A stretch of DNA of 31,666 bases from Tubiluchus corallicola (taxonomy: Eukaryota > Animalia > Priapulida), in NCBI GenBank assembly GCA_030141605.1, contig JAQGDQ010001631.1:1-31666 (forward strand), written 5' to 3'. Position 1 is the stretch's first letter, and each line of letters begins with the position of its first letter. Under the pieces are notes generated by a model. It saw only the letters and a program-made list of their open reading frames with translations. It was not told the DNA's origin and did not search any database. Positions 1-11,294 of the stretch are shown here, piece by piece. Made by a program: the position numbers and the translations under genes.

Positions 1-340
1 CAGTGACTAATCGTCTTAAATCAGAATCTTATGTTATATGATTCAGTAAAACAACAAGAGAATAACAAAGATGGTAACTCATACAGGCTGCCCTACCTCT
101 TGTGGAAGCAGTGTTTTTTTCAAAATTAACCAATAATAGTGCCAAACCTTATTGCATTCAATACAATTTCCTGATTATAAACTGAACGACCAAGGCCTTT
201 ATCCACTACGAAAGAAATGCAAACTGGCAGCAAAAAGTTTGGGAGCAGAAATAAGTTGGGTGACAAAGGAGACCTTCTCCTATCATATAATCCTGTCCCC
301 TCACAATTTTTAGGTGACAGTGTTAAACTTGTAAGCTCAC

Positions 341-505
341 CTTAGCATGAGTTAACATGGCTCTTGCCAGGCACAACAGCTGTCGCTGACCCATGGAAAA
401 ACAGCGCCCCCTCTCCGTGACCTCTGCCTGCAAACCACCCAAAGACTCTACTTTGTCTGACAAATGACAAGCCAACAAGACCTCCCGCAGTTCTGCATCA
501 CTGAA
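341..505 (-). CDS. ABCC10: Internal coding exon of an ABCC-family (MRP7/ABCC10-like) ABC transporter, NBD2 signature region
   Basis: Translates FSDAELREVLLACHLSDKVESLGGLQAEVTERGRCFSMGQRQLLCLARAMLTHAK, containing the ABCC NBD2 signature (S.GQRQLLCLARA) and the ABCC10-like CHLS..V..LGGL..E segment. The exon is 165 nt, with a TTTTTCAG acceptor ending at 506 and a GTGAG donor at 340-336, just before the expected Walker B exon. Confidence 0.88.
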
Positions 506-565
506 CTGAAAAATAAGAATCATTAAGAGAAAACAAGAAAATAATTCTAATCTCTCGAGAAATTT

Positions 566-652
566 AAGCTGAGTGGTCATAGCGCACTGAGCGACCAAAG
601 TTAAGTAACGTCGAGCCTGGTTAGGAAGTGAATGTGTGACTGTCTTCTGGGT
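566..652 (+). mobile_element. Degenerate SINE head: tRNA-like A box fused to the central part of 5S rRNA
   Basis: AAGCTGAGTGGTCATAGCGC is followed by GACCAAAGTTAAGTAACGTCGAGCCTGGTTAGGAAGTGAATGTGTGAC, which aligns to the 5S segment CACCGAAGTTAAGCAACGTAGAGCCTGGTTAGTGCTTGAATGGGTGAC at 23567-23682. Confidence 0.65.
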
Positions 653-835
653 AGTGATACCTGTCATCCTGCTGAACGGAGTGTTTTACGATATTTAAAT
701 ACCACCTATTTAAGGAAAGCACCAGCGTCTAGAACATTTAGCTTTATTTAAAAATACATTATATATACGTAGCAATTAGCAAACCTATTCTATAAGGTGA
801 AATACTAAATCAGCAGACGTGTATCAGCTACATTC

Positions 836-901
836 ACACCCATCCATTACGTGACCAAACTTAACTTCGGTTGCCACACAGACACCATGACCTCTCGGCT
901 A
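836..901 (-). mobile_element. Second, internally deleted copy of the tRNA/5S hybrid SINE head
   Basis: Minus strand reads TAGCCGAGAGGTCATGGTGTC...GCAACCGAAGTTAAGT-(gap)-TTGGTCACGTAATGGATGGGTG, homologous to 566-652. Confidence 0.55.
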
Positions 902-1704
902 TTCTTTCGCCACTTGTGCACGTGGCAACACTGAGACACATACTGTAATACGTTCATCATACTGTATTGCAATCCCTCCCACACAGATATTTTAATTTCT
1001 GAAATGAAATGGTGTGCATTTTTGGAAAGGTACGTAATTGGAATTGATCAAATAAGTGATATGAAGTCATATTGTTTCTTTTCTTGTTTACATAATTATT
1101 TGTTTGTTTGTAAGTTTGTTCATCGTGACGCCAACAACACATTGATAATGAAAAAGTTAGGCGGAAAATATCCAATAATGCCCTATCCAAAATGGTAAAG
1201 GTCGTTACCAATTTGCTACAGACTGATTGGCTAACTGAACAATCACAGAATTTAGAATTCGCATATACATTACAGTACAATGATATACATACAACAAAAT
1301 ACAAAGGTACAAAATAGAGCTATTACATTGTAGTTATAGTAGCCAAAAACACACATAGATAACAAATGTATATAATTTTAGTACAGATACAGTTAGCGTA
1401 GCTACGGCCAATTCACGTTGAGAGACAATGTGCTCAATCTAAATACTGTGATATGTGGATGGTGTCATTATTTGTAACATTTAAAAATATTTCGAAATTT
1501 AAAACTTTGAGATGGCATTTATATTAATCCTGTTTTAAGCTTTATTATTTTTGATTTTGATACATCGAAATCAGACGAGTTTTTTCTATTGTAAAAATCT
1601 TGACTTGTTAAAATGTTCCACTTGTTCAACATGCATCTCATGGTCAAAGTAAATTTTGGGAAAAAAGAAAAATTGAGTAAGAAATTAAATTTAATTTATG
1701 TTGT

Positions 1705-1707
<3 letters not shown>

Positions 1708-1788
<81 letters not shown>
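1708..1788. repeat. Compound (CT)n(AT)n microsatellite at the LINE 3' end
   Basis: Directly visible; it abuts the minus-strand AATAAA at 1790-1795. Confidence 0.95.
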
Positions 1789-1791
<3 letters not shown>

Positions 1792-1984
1792 TATTGACTG
1801 ATTAAGAGATAGTCGAACATGACATTTTGGTTCAGTCCATAGTTCACTACAAAAAAGGACTTTTGATCATATAAAATGATCATTACTGTCAAAAAATAGC
1901 TCAAGGGTTATTAACAAATTCACAATAAACACTTTTGATCACATAACATGATCGTTACTCTCCAAAAATTGCAAAGAGTTATTT

Positions 1985-4889
1985 ACAAATTCACAATATG
2001 ACATTGGTTTTCCATTGAAAAATTCATGCAGATCGTTGAAGCTCAGTTCAGTGTTATCTTCACGAAGGTGATTCGTAAGTGGACAAAAATAGATAACATG
2101 CTCTTCTGATTGAATGTTTAAGCCAGGACAGGAGCATAGCCTGTCTTCTCTTTTTATTCTTGCCCATCTTCGAGTCTCAGTAGCTAGGTTATGTGAGGAG
2201 AGGCGTCACGGAGATGTTTTAATATCGGTTTTATAACAGAGATAATATCCGTTTTATGAAGGATAGCTTTCACATATTGTACACATGGTGTGTTCCTTTC
2301 CGAGCACAAATTCCACACGATTGAAAATGGGTCATCGGGCTCGTTGGCTCACGATTCGATTATCCGTTTAAAGAACCTTGATTAAACGTTTTGAACGTAC
2401 ACTTTGGCAGAAGGTAATCCTAGTTCGACTAAACATAAGTCATTAGCGGTTGTCTTCCTGACGCCAAGCAATGCTTTAATCACAGAATTGTACATCACAT
2501 TTATCAATTTAAGATTGCCAGTCAACCAAGATTCACAGCTGTAGAAAATAGATGATAGCGGGGCCGCGTCCATCACTTTTTTTAACCCAGAATGGGAATA
2601 GTGAGTTTTTGTTCACAAATGATACATATTTAAGAACATGGGTAAACTTTTCTTCGCAATGTTCTTCCAATGAGGGCTGTAACTTTCCTGAACCACTGAA
2701 CACAGATCCGAGATAAACATATTACTCACATATCCTAATTACTATATTCTCGCGGGTGATAACCCTTTTATCCCTTTCGTTACCGTTAATAACCTTAAAT
2801 TTGGTTTTAGATTCGTTAATTACCATTCCTGACTCACGACAGAATTCTTCAAGGATGCCTATCTTTTCCAGAAGTCCTCTTGTTGTCGATAGACTAACAG
2901 TATCATCCATCAATAACAAACAGTGAAACATCCCTAGAAAACCGTCTGGTCTGCACTTTTCCTTGAGGTTTCTTATAAGCTTATTAACGTAGACGGTGAA
3001 CAGAAAACACGAGAAAGAGGATCCTTGTTTAACACCTAAGGTTACACTTATTATAGCAGCTCTTAATACTAATTGTGTATTACTGTACAAGGCAGCAATT
3101 GCACAAAGCATCATGATACCGCATCCAAGAGGTTTAAGCGTTAAAGATCATATGCCTTGGAAAAGTCAACGAACAGCACGAACAGTTTAACTTTCCGAAA
3201 TAGGGCATAGTCCATCAATAATCTGAGAGTTATGATCCATTCGGTGCAACTTCGACCTTTCTGAGCACCTGCTTGTTCCCTGTCGGGTGAAAACCACACA
3301 TATTAAGGCGTCTACACAGGATCCTATGATAAACCTTGGAAATTGAGTCCATTATAGAAATTCCTCTATAATTATCACAAGACATTCGACTACCTTTCTT
3401 AAAAATAGTCACAAGTCCGTTGAAGCACCTTGAACGTGGGAAAGTTCAAGACACAAATATAAAATTGAACAGCAAGGACAGGTAGGATAACCAACATTCT
3501 GGTAAAAACTTTAAAATACCGCCAGGAATACCAGATAAACCTCCACTACTTTTATTATCGCATGACATTACAGCAGCTTCTATCTCATCAAAGGATATCA
3601 AATTATCGGTAACTGGAATTGAAGGACCCGCACACTGTGACAACAGATCCAGCGAATCGATTCTACCTGGGTTCAGCAAGTCCTCGAAATGGGTCTTAAA
3701 GTCTTCATCAATCGGAGCTTCAATATTCTTTTCAGAACTAAGGTCTCCATTCCAGTTGATGGCTTTCCAAATTCCTTGGGGGTCATTGTTTTCGAGCAGG
3801 TTATTCCATCTATCTGGTATAGCCTGGTGGTCTGGGGTATCATTCGGTTCGGTACGACAATTCTTTAGAGTGTTCTTAATGAGAGAATTTAAATTCTCAA
3901 CGCTAGAGTTCATATCATCAATATCAGTTGGAGGATCGATATTTCTCATTTCTAAGTTGAATTTTCTGCAGTCAATATTACCGGTTCGGATTTGCTTATG
4001 TAGAACAGGAGGCTTGATGTTGATTTCCCCAACTGCATGCTTTCCAAGGTCTTCCGATCGTTTGATCAAATCCACACTTAAGGCGCTGGGTGCTAACTTT
4101 GACAACTCAAACTTGATTGAAATCGGTGCGTGATTCGACGGTATATTAAGACGGTGATCACTAGACAATGAAATAATGCTCTTAACGAGTTTGGCAGTGA
4201 CGAAGCACGTATCCAATTCTGAAATCCAAGTTTGTTTCTTTCTATATGTGAGGCCAACTTTAAAGGCTTTCGTACTAGTCTTTAAATTGTTCACAAGCAC
4301 TAAGGGGTTAAACGACTTTACAGCAGTCTTAGCGTTTTCATTTGCAGAAGCTATATTATCCTCAGATTGGAGATAGCTGTATATATCATCACAAGGTAAG
4401 TTAACGAGAAAACTGTTCGATGTGGGACCAAATCTACAGTTTAAGTCTCCGATAAGTACAACATCGTCCTTCGGATTCAGTTTTAAAAGTTTGTTGATGT
4501 AAGCGAAATTTGTAAGATTGTAATACGGAGAATCAGCAGGTGGAATATACACGCACACAAAAATTGTATTTGGAATAATGCTAAAGCTTACACTTACAAA
4601 GTCAGATCTAATATCCACTGAGGTGATGTAACTAGTCCAGAAATTTGAAATCAAAATAGATGCACCTCTATGACCAACTTTCATATTAGTCATAAGTTTT
4701 AAAGCCGGGTGCATTGAATTGTAGAGGTATTTTAATTTCATTCAAAAAGACAAGATCTGCATCACGCAACATTTCCAAAACCACATCAGATTCTAATTTA
4801 TCTTTGACTATTCCATTGATATTCCAATGAATAATCTTAAATTCAGTTCGACTATTTCTGTTGCTCATAAAAAAGAAAGGGTTCTCCAA
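1985..4889 (-). pseudogene. LINE ORF2 (AP endonuclease plus reverse transcriptase), broken by several frameshifts
   Basis: APE motifs: IIHWNING, FLNEIK, CVYIPP, LIGDLN, SELDTCF, SNHAPI. RT motifs: IFKKG...CDNYRGIS, GVKQG...CFLFTVY, LLMDDTV, GMVINESKTK. These are spread over ORFs 4686-4889, 3446-4741, 3230-3412, 2722-3114 and 2382-2576. The 3' end is approximate. Confidence 0.9.
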
Positions 4890-4909
4890 CTATCGATGAC
4901 GTTACCGTT

Positions 4910-5587
4910 TCATGGTATTTGTCGCTTTTTCCTATCAAATACTATGTGATATCCAGCATTTTCAGCGTTATCTCGTTCAGCCTTTTCGACATCAAACAAG
5001 TGTTTGCACTCTTTTCTGATCGCAGGATGGGGATCGCGTTTGAGTCGAATAGCTTTCAATTTGGGATCAGCACTACCATTAAGCTTAGGAGCTTTCTTCA
5101 TAAGCTTCTCACGACGATCATTCGTGTCAAGCGTAACCAGTATGGGCCGGTTACGACCGACAGTTTCCGCTCCAAGCCTCTTGAAAGTGTAATCCCCAGG
5201 GGTTTCATCCAGCATATCAAACACGGCGTTCACCTTGTCTGAGTCAGCACTATATGTTCCAATGTTTTCCGTTTCGGGAACACCCATCAAAACAAGGTTC
5301 TGGCTACGTAACCGACTGTCTAATTGTTCAAGGAACCTTTGCTGATTATTAACTGTAGTCCTAAGAGCATCAATTTCGTTCTGCAAAGCTTCCTCTTTCT
5401 CATTGATTTTGTCAATCAATTTAGATTCCAGTTTGTCAATCCGAGTCAAAATCGCACCACTACTGTCATCAGGGCTGTTCATTAAAATATCAATTATTGT
5501 TGATTTGTTAATTGTGTTCATCTGTGTCTTCGACAGAGCGCGTAATTCAGCTAAACTCGTGGTTATAGACATTCTGTATGTCTGCAA
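4910..5587 (-). CDS. LINE ORF1 protein (coiled coil plus RRM-like region)
   Basis: Coiled-coil stretch, then LDSRLRSQNLVLMGVPE, RLG...RPILVTL and IRLKRD motifs typical of LINE ORF1. It lies directly upstream of the APE domain. Confidence 0.8.
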   Translation of the reverse strand: MQTYRMSITTSLAELRALSKTQMNTINKSTIIDILMNSPDDSSGAILTRIDKLESKLIDKINEKEEALQNEIDALRTTVNNQQRFLEQLDSRLRSQNLVLMGVPETENIGTYSADSDKVNAVFDMLDETPGDYTFKRLGAETVGRNRPILVTLDTNDRREKLMKKAPKLNGSADPKLKAIRLKRDPHPAIRKECKHLFDVEKAERDNAENAGYHIVFDRKKRQIP

Positions 5588-5890
5588 TAGTATGCTATTC
5601 GGCCTATTAAAGGCCTTTGTGCTCTAGTTAATTACCTTGTCCAAACAACTCTGCAATTGTGTTGCTCCTGTCGAACTGCACACATATATCAGAAAATTGT
5701 TGATCACTAATATCACAATAATTAATAGTCTGATAAGATTTTAAGTATCAAAATTGCTTTCTCCACACATTAATTCACCACAATGAATACTTTTTGATAC
5801 TTTGTCAGTTGATTTACAGTTTAAAATTATGCAGAAACTGGGAGCGTTGAAAAACACAACAAGCTATAACCACCCTACCAGTACAATAAT

Positions 5891-7481
5891 CTACATGTGC
5901 AGTAATATTTGACCCGTTTCAACTTCTACCACATGCAATCATAGTAGATCTGTTTCAGCTTCAGGTGTTTTGCTGCCTACTTTTACACGTGCTGTAATGT
6001 TTGACCTGTTTCAACTTCTAACACGTACTGTCATAGTAGATCTGTTTCAGCTTCAGGTGTTTTGCTACGTACTTTTACACGTGCAGTAATATTTGACCTG
6101 TTTCAACTTCTAACACATGCAATCATAGTAGATCTGTTTCAGCTTCAGGTGTTTTGCTGCCTACTTTTACACGTGCAGTTATGTTTGACCTGTTTCAACT
6201 TCTAACACGTGCAATCATAGTAGATCTGTTTCCGCTTCAGGTGTTTTGCTACCTGCTTTTACACGTGCAGTAATATTTGACCTGTTTCAACTTCTAACAC
6301 GTGCAATCATAGTAGATCTGTTTCAGCTTCAGGTGTTTTGCTACCTACTTTTACATGTGCAGTAATATTTGACCTGTTTCAACTTCTAACACGTGCAATC
6401 ATAGTAGATCTGTTTCAGCTTCATGCGTTTTGCTGCCTAATTTTACATGTGCAGTAATGTTTGACCTGTTTCAACTTCTAACACATGCAATCATAGTAGA
6501 TCTGTTTCAGCTTCAGGTGTTTTGCTACATACTTTTACACTTGCAGTAATATTTGACCTGTTTCAACTTCTAACACATGCAATCATAGTAGATCTATTTC
6601 AGCTTCAGGTGTTTTGCTGCATACTTTTACATGTGCAGTAATATTTGACCTGTTTCAACTTCTAACACGTGCAATCATAGTAGATCTGTTTCAGCTTCAT
6701 GCGTTTTGCTGCCTACTTTTACACGTGCTGTAATATTTGACCTGTTTCAACTTCTAACACGTGCAATCATAGTAGATCTGTTTCAGCTTCAGGTGTTTTG
6801 CTACCTACTTTTACATGTGCTGTAATATTTGACCTGTTTCAACTTCTAACACGTGCAATCATAGTAGATCTGTTTCAGCTTCATGCGTTTTGCTGCCTAC
6901 TTTTACATGTGCAGTAATATTTGACCTGTTTCAACTTCTAACACGTGCAATCATAGTAGATCTGTTTCAGCTTCATGCGTTTTGCTGCATACTTTTACAT
7001 GTGCAGTAATGTTTGACCTGTTTCAACTTCTAACACGTGCAATCATAGTAGATCAGTTTCAGCTTCATGCGTTTTGCTGCATACTTTTACATGTGCTGTA
7101 ATATTTGACCTGTTTCAACTTCTAACACGTGCAATCATAGTAAATCTGTTTCAGGTGTTTTGCTACCTACTTTTACATGTGCAATCATAGTAGATCTGTT
7201 TCAGCTTCAGGTGTTTTGCTACCTACTTTTACACTTGCAGTAATATTTGACCTGTTTCAACTTCTAACACGTGCAATCATAGTAGATCTGTTTCAGATTC
7301 AGGTGTTTTGCTACCTACTTTTACACGTGCAGTAATGTTTGACCTGTTTCAACTTCTAACACGTGCAATCATAGTAGATCTGTTTCAGCTTCAGGTGTTT
7401 TGCTACCTACTTTTACACTTGCAGTAATATTTGACCTGTTTCAGCTTCAGGTGTTTTGCTGCATACTTTTACATGTGCAGT
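5891..7481. repeat. 92-bp minisatellite, about 17 copies
   Basis: Unit ACGTGCAGTAATATTTGACCTGTTTCAACTTCTAACACGTGCAATCATAGTAGATCTGTTTCAGCTTCAGGTGTTTTGCTGCCTACTTTTAC; period 92 (e.g. 6081 to 6173). Confidence 0.97.
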
Positions 7482-8011
7482 TAGGCTATTTCTGTTGAAC
7501 GTTTGTTAGTTAGACTCTCCTGAATACTTGATCAAGCCAATAAGTCACGATTTTCATGGCGACCTACTAACACAATTCTCTTGCTCAAATAAGTGCCAGG
7601 ATAATTAATGTATTTATCATAGGAATAAAAAACAACTTGCATTAGACCAGTCTAGACAGCATTATTCAATTTGTGGTTAATGGAAATGACTTATGAAACG
7701 AGAGCGCATAAAAACACACGTATTACCGGTTGGTAAGGAATAGGTAAATATTTGCTGAACTTAATACAACAGTTAAGTTATTGCACAGAATGCCGGCTTC
7801 ATTTAAACAAACAATGAGATGTTCTTTGCATTGTTGCATTAACTTTCTATTGTTTGGTTTCCTAACAGATGTTGACATTACTTACATTAGTTGTTAATAT
7901 GTGTTACGGGGTTTTACTTGCTACAGTTTCGTGATCTGAGAACAGATGGCTTCTCTTGAAGCAGCTTTACTTCGGATGGCTGTCGTGTCTTTAAGGAGAT
8001 CGCTTATCTTA

Positions 8012-8273
8012 AAAGAGTTTTGCTAGCAATGGTTGTCATCTTTTCAGGAGTTACTTTGTCTTGAAAGAGCTTTACTGGCAATGGTTGTTGTCTTTTCAGG
8101 AGTTATTTGTCTTGAAAGAGTTTTACTAGCAATGGTTGTCATCTTTTCAGGAGTTACTTTGTCTTGAAAGAGCTTTACTGGCAATGGTTGTCATCTTTTC
8201 AGGAGTTACTTTGTCTTGAAAGAGCTTTACTGGCAATGGTTGTCATCTTTTCAGGAGTTAGTTTGTCTTGAAA
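8012..8273. repeat. 52-bp minisatellite, about 5 copies
   Basis: Unit GCAATGGTTGTCATCTTTTCAGGAGTTACTTTGTCTTGAAAGAGCTTTACTG, with more degenerate copies upstream to about 7950. Confidence 0.93.
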
Positions 8274-8541
8274 CAACACCGGTAAGATTAGCACTAAACG
8301 AGACACTGAAACCTACTAAATGACCCCCAGGCAAAACCAAAAACAACCTGGATATCAAGACTTAATAAAGATTTACAACAGCTGGAACTAAACCTAACAA
8401 TAGAATCAAAGGACTTGAAACTTTTAGCTGCAGACAGGAAACAGTGGAGTGCTGTAATAAAGGATGGAGGCTCTAACGTCTACAATAGATAGTTAGAGCA
8501 ACAAAAGAAGAAAAGAAGAAATACAAATGCGTGCATAAACG

Positions 8542-8555
8542 GTTTCCATAGCAAC
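8542..8555. promoter_or_regulatory. RFX X-box-like motif
   Basis: GTTTCCATAGCAAC matches the X-box consensus; no linked gene is identified. Confidence 0.3.
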
Positions 8556-8771
8556 GGCAACAATTTCTTGCACTTTTGTTAGTGACACCGCATTAAAATA
8601 TAAAAAAATAACGTAAAATTATAAACAATTATCTAATGTAACAAAAATATTCAGAAAATCGCTTGGTTGTTTTCCCAACAACTCGTAAACACTAACTCAT
8701 TGTGCACAGTTTTCCACACCATAATAACGTACGAACAGCAAAAAAAATTCCTAAAACTTCCTGAAATTTTC

Positions 8772-8900
8772 CAATTCTATTCAATTCAACTCAATTTTAT
8801 TTTCTCAATAGCAGTTTAAAATTCGACATAATCATTTTTACATTTCATTGCAGCTGAGAAGGAGCAGCGAAAGACCTATTGGTCAGCTGCCCCTTATTAA
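8772..8900 (-). mobile_element. Isolated 3' end of an L2/CR1-type retroelement
   Basis: Minus strand shows a hairpin GGGGCAGC-T-GACC-AATA-GGTC-TTTC-GCTGCTCC, then AATAAA and a (TTGAA)-like pentamer tail. Confidence 0.55.
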
Positions 8901-9809
8901 AAATACAAGTTTATTCACAGGGTGATGACATTTTTTAGGTGGTTGTGTATGTATAAAAGGCAAAAGCAACAAAAATCAACACAAAGCAGAAATGCAACTC
9001 AAAGCATAACATCAAGCAAAAAATTGATGAAATTCAATGTAGAGCAAATAATAACATCAAACAAAAGCAACAAAAATCTACTCAAAGCAAAAATGCAATT
9101 CCACTCAGAATAAAAGGAAGTTTTCACAAGCAATGCAAAACGGAATTTAACTTATAGCAAAAAATTATATCAAACAAAATGAAACTCAAAGCGTTTCATT
9201 TTATAAAGCAAAAGCAATTCAACTGAAAGTAAAAGAATTTGTCAATTTCCGTGCAAAATAGATTTCATAATTTTTCATGAGTTTTCATGAAATAAGTTTT
9301 CATAATTAAAAAAACAAACTCGGTTTTCATGGCATGAAATTATCTAACATTTCTCGGCACTCTTAGCAATAATTCGCACGATGTGGCGCCACCTATGACG
9401 ACATTTACCAGAAATTGATTGGGCAAATACTCTTTAAGGTGACCCTTTCTGCTGACATAGCTCAGGTGGGTAGAAACGGTACTAAGTTTGCACGCCATGT
9501 TCTTTGTTGACTCAGCAGCTAGTCGGATGTAAGTAAACTCAAGAGCCGTTGCTTCAATTAAGCCTCGAGTGATTTTAGCTTGAGATTTTGTTGGCTCAAC
9601 GAGTAAGAGAGGAAATCTTCGCAAAAACTGTTTTGCCGGAAGATTGAGAATCTCAATTTGTCTTAAAAGCGACGGTAAACACGTCCGCAGCGGTGGAGAT
9701 TAAGACGAAAAATCGGTTTCGTGATGTGATCTCTGTTCTCTCGAATGGCACTTATTTTTAGGTAAATTATTTGAAAGCTGAAGAAAGCATCATCATAGAG
9801 AAAGCTTAA

Positions 9810-10464
9810 AGCACAAGAAAACCCTTCATAAACATAAAGCTTGAAAAATTCGTTTTGAAATTTTATATCACTTACGTACTACCTTTTTGCATGCAGGACT
9901 TCAATCGGCATTCACACTGTAAATTTAAACTGCCACGATGACCGTTAGACGCAGCCATTCTCACGACAGGACATTTAAAACAAATTTAGATAACATTTTG
10001 TAAAGTTTGAAATAATAATCAGAGCGTTCGTAGCGCACACGTCACTAACTAAATAAAATTTAAAATTACTGTATCTTGTCAATAAGATTAAAAATACGTT
10101 AGTGAGTGGTGCACCCTGGAGGGTGAGTCAGCGACATTTTACCAATTGATGAAAACATTTAAATAATTAATAATTCCCTTTTCCAGTTACATCTAGACAG
10201 GTAAGCGAAAATCTAAGTAATTTAGATTTGCACGGAAAGTCTTTTGAGACATAATTTAACATTGCCTTTTCTTCCCTTGATTTACGTTTGGTACATGACG
10301 TCACGTAATGGCGACTACGGAACAGTATTGCGGGAGATTTAAAATGAAGACAAACAAAGATTCCTTTCAGTGCGAGTAAGATATACGCATAAAATTGCTG
10401 TAAAGTAATATAATTTTTAAGGCGATTTTTCTGAAACGTGCTTCAGGTGCCCCTTTCTTGTCCT
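9810..10464 (+). mobile_element. Non-autonomous DNA transposon, Kolobok-like, apparently complete copy
   Basis: TTAA on both sides (9806-9809, 10465-10468). Termini AGCACAAGAAA / TTTCTTGTCCT form a 10/11 inverted match starting with RR. Homologous to other copies in the window. Confidence 0.7.
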
Positions 10465-10469
10465 TTAAA

Positions 10470-10846
10470 AATGCTTCTTGTGAAATTCATATCATTTGCA
10501 TGTATTTTACATATACATAGGCTTGCATTTAATAGCAGCGACGCTGTATAAAACTTGTAAATATTTTCTACTCTCGTGACGACTGTTAGATGCAGTTATT
10601 TCAATGGCAAGTCATTTAAAACATTATGTAAACGAAACATAACGTTTCCTTTACATAGTGTTTCCTTTGGTATGGAAATAATGTAACAACATTATGTAAA
10701 GTTTGAAAAAATAATCGAAGCATTTGTAGTTCTTTTTTTGCTAACTACGCATAAATATAAACTACCATATTGTTACATGATACTTTATAGTGTTACGTGA
10801 TGTCAATAATGTGATTTTGGTGAATCAGTGGTGCACACTGGGATGG
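10470..10846 (+). mobile_element. Diverged partial copy of the same Kolobok-like family
   Basis: Shares GTAAAGTTTGAAAAAATAATC and TGGTGCACACTGGGATGGT with the other copies. Confidence 0.6.
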
Positions 10847-10938
10847 TCCAGCATGCGTGTTATTTTCATATATGATTAGTTCCTAAACTATATAATGACG
10901 AAAACAAGTTTTCCTAATTGACTGCTAGCAGCTAAGGA

Positions 10939-11222
10939 CAGCAACAACAACAACAACAACTGCAACCGAAAAAGCAGCAAAAACAATAACAGAAAATGCA
11001 ACAACGACACCATCAAAAACAACAACAACATTAACAGTGACAATGACTACAGTGGTAATAATGACGATGATATTGGACAATAACAACTGCAGTAGCAACA
11101 ACAATAGCATCAAATTGCAAGAATAACAATAATAACAACAACAACAATAACAACAACAATAGCTTCAAATTATAACAATAACAATAATAACAACAACAGC
11201 AATGGCAAACCGTAGCAACAAC
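10939..11222. repeat. Degenerate (AAC)n/(AAT)n low-complexity tract
   Basis: Directly visible. Confidence 0.85.
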
Positions 11223-11294
11223 GTACATGGTCGGCTAAGCACTACCGCCAACACTCGTGCAAGAACCGTCCCTCCAAGTCACTTTGCCAAACCC

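Larger units (their letters stand above)
1790..5870 (-). mobile_element. Near full-length, decayed non-LTR retrotransposon (CR1/L2 group LINE)
   Basis: Contains ORF1 followed by APE-RT ORF2 fragments, a C-terminal LSSHNLATE..W.RIKREDRLCSC...EEHVIYFCP motif near 2080-2200, and a 3' UTR ending in AATAAA. The 5' boundary is approximate. Confidence 0.9.

Noticed and set aside
3756-5627. Plus-strand ORFs overlapping the LINE
   Set aside because: Antisense shadows of LINE ORF1 and ORF2.
9451-9510. tRNA-like start GCTGACATAGCTCAGGTGGGTAGA
   Set aside because: No B box/T arm or acceptor-stem partner.
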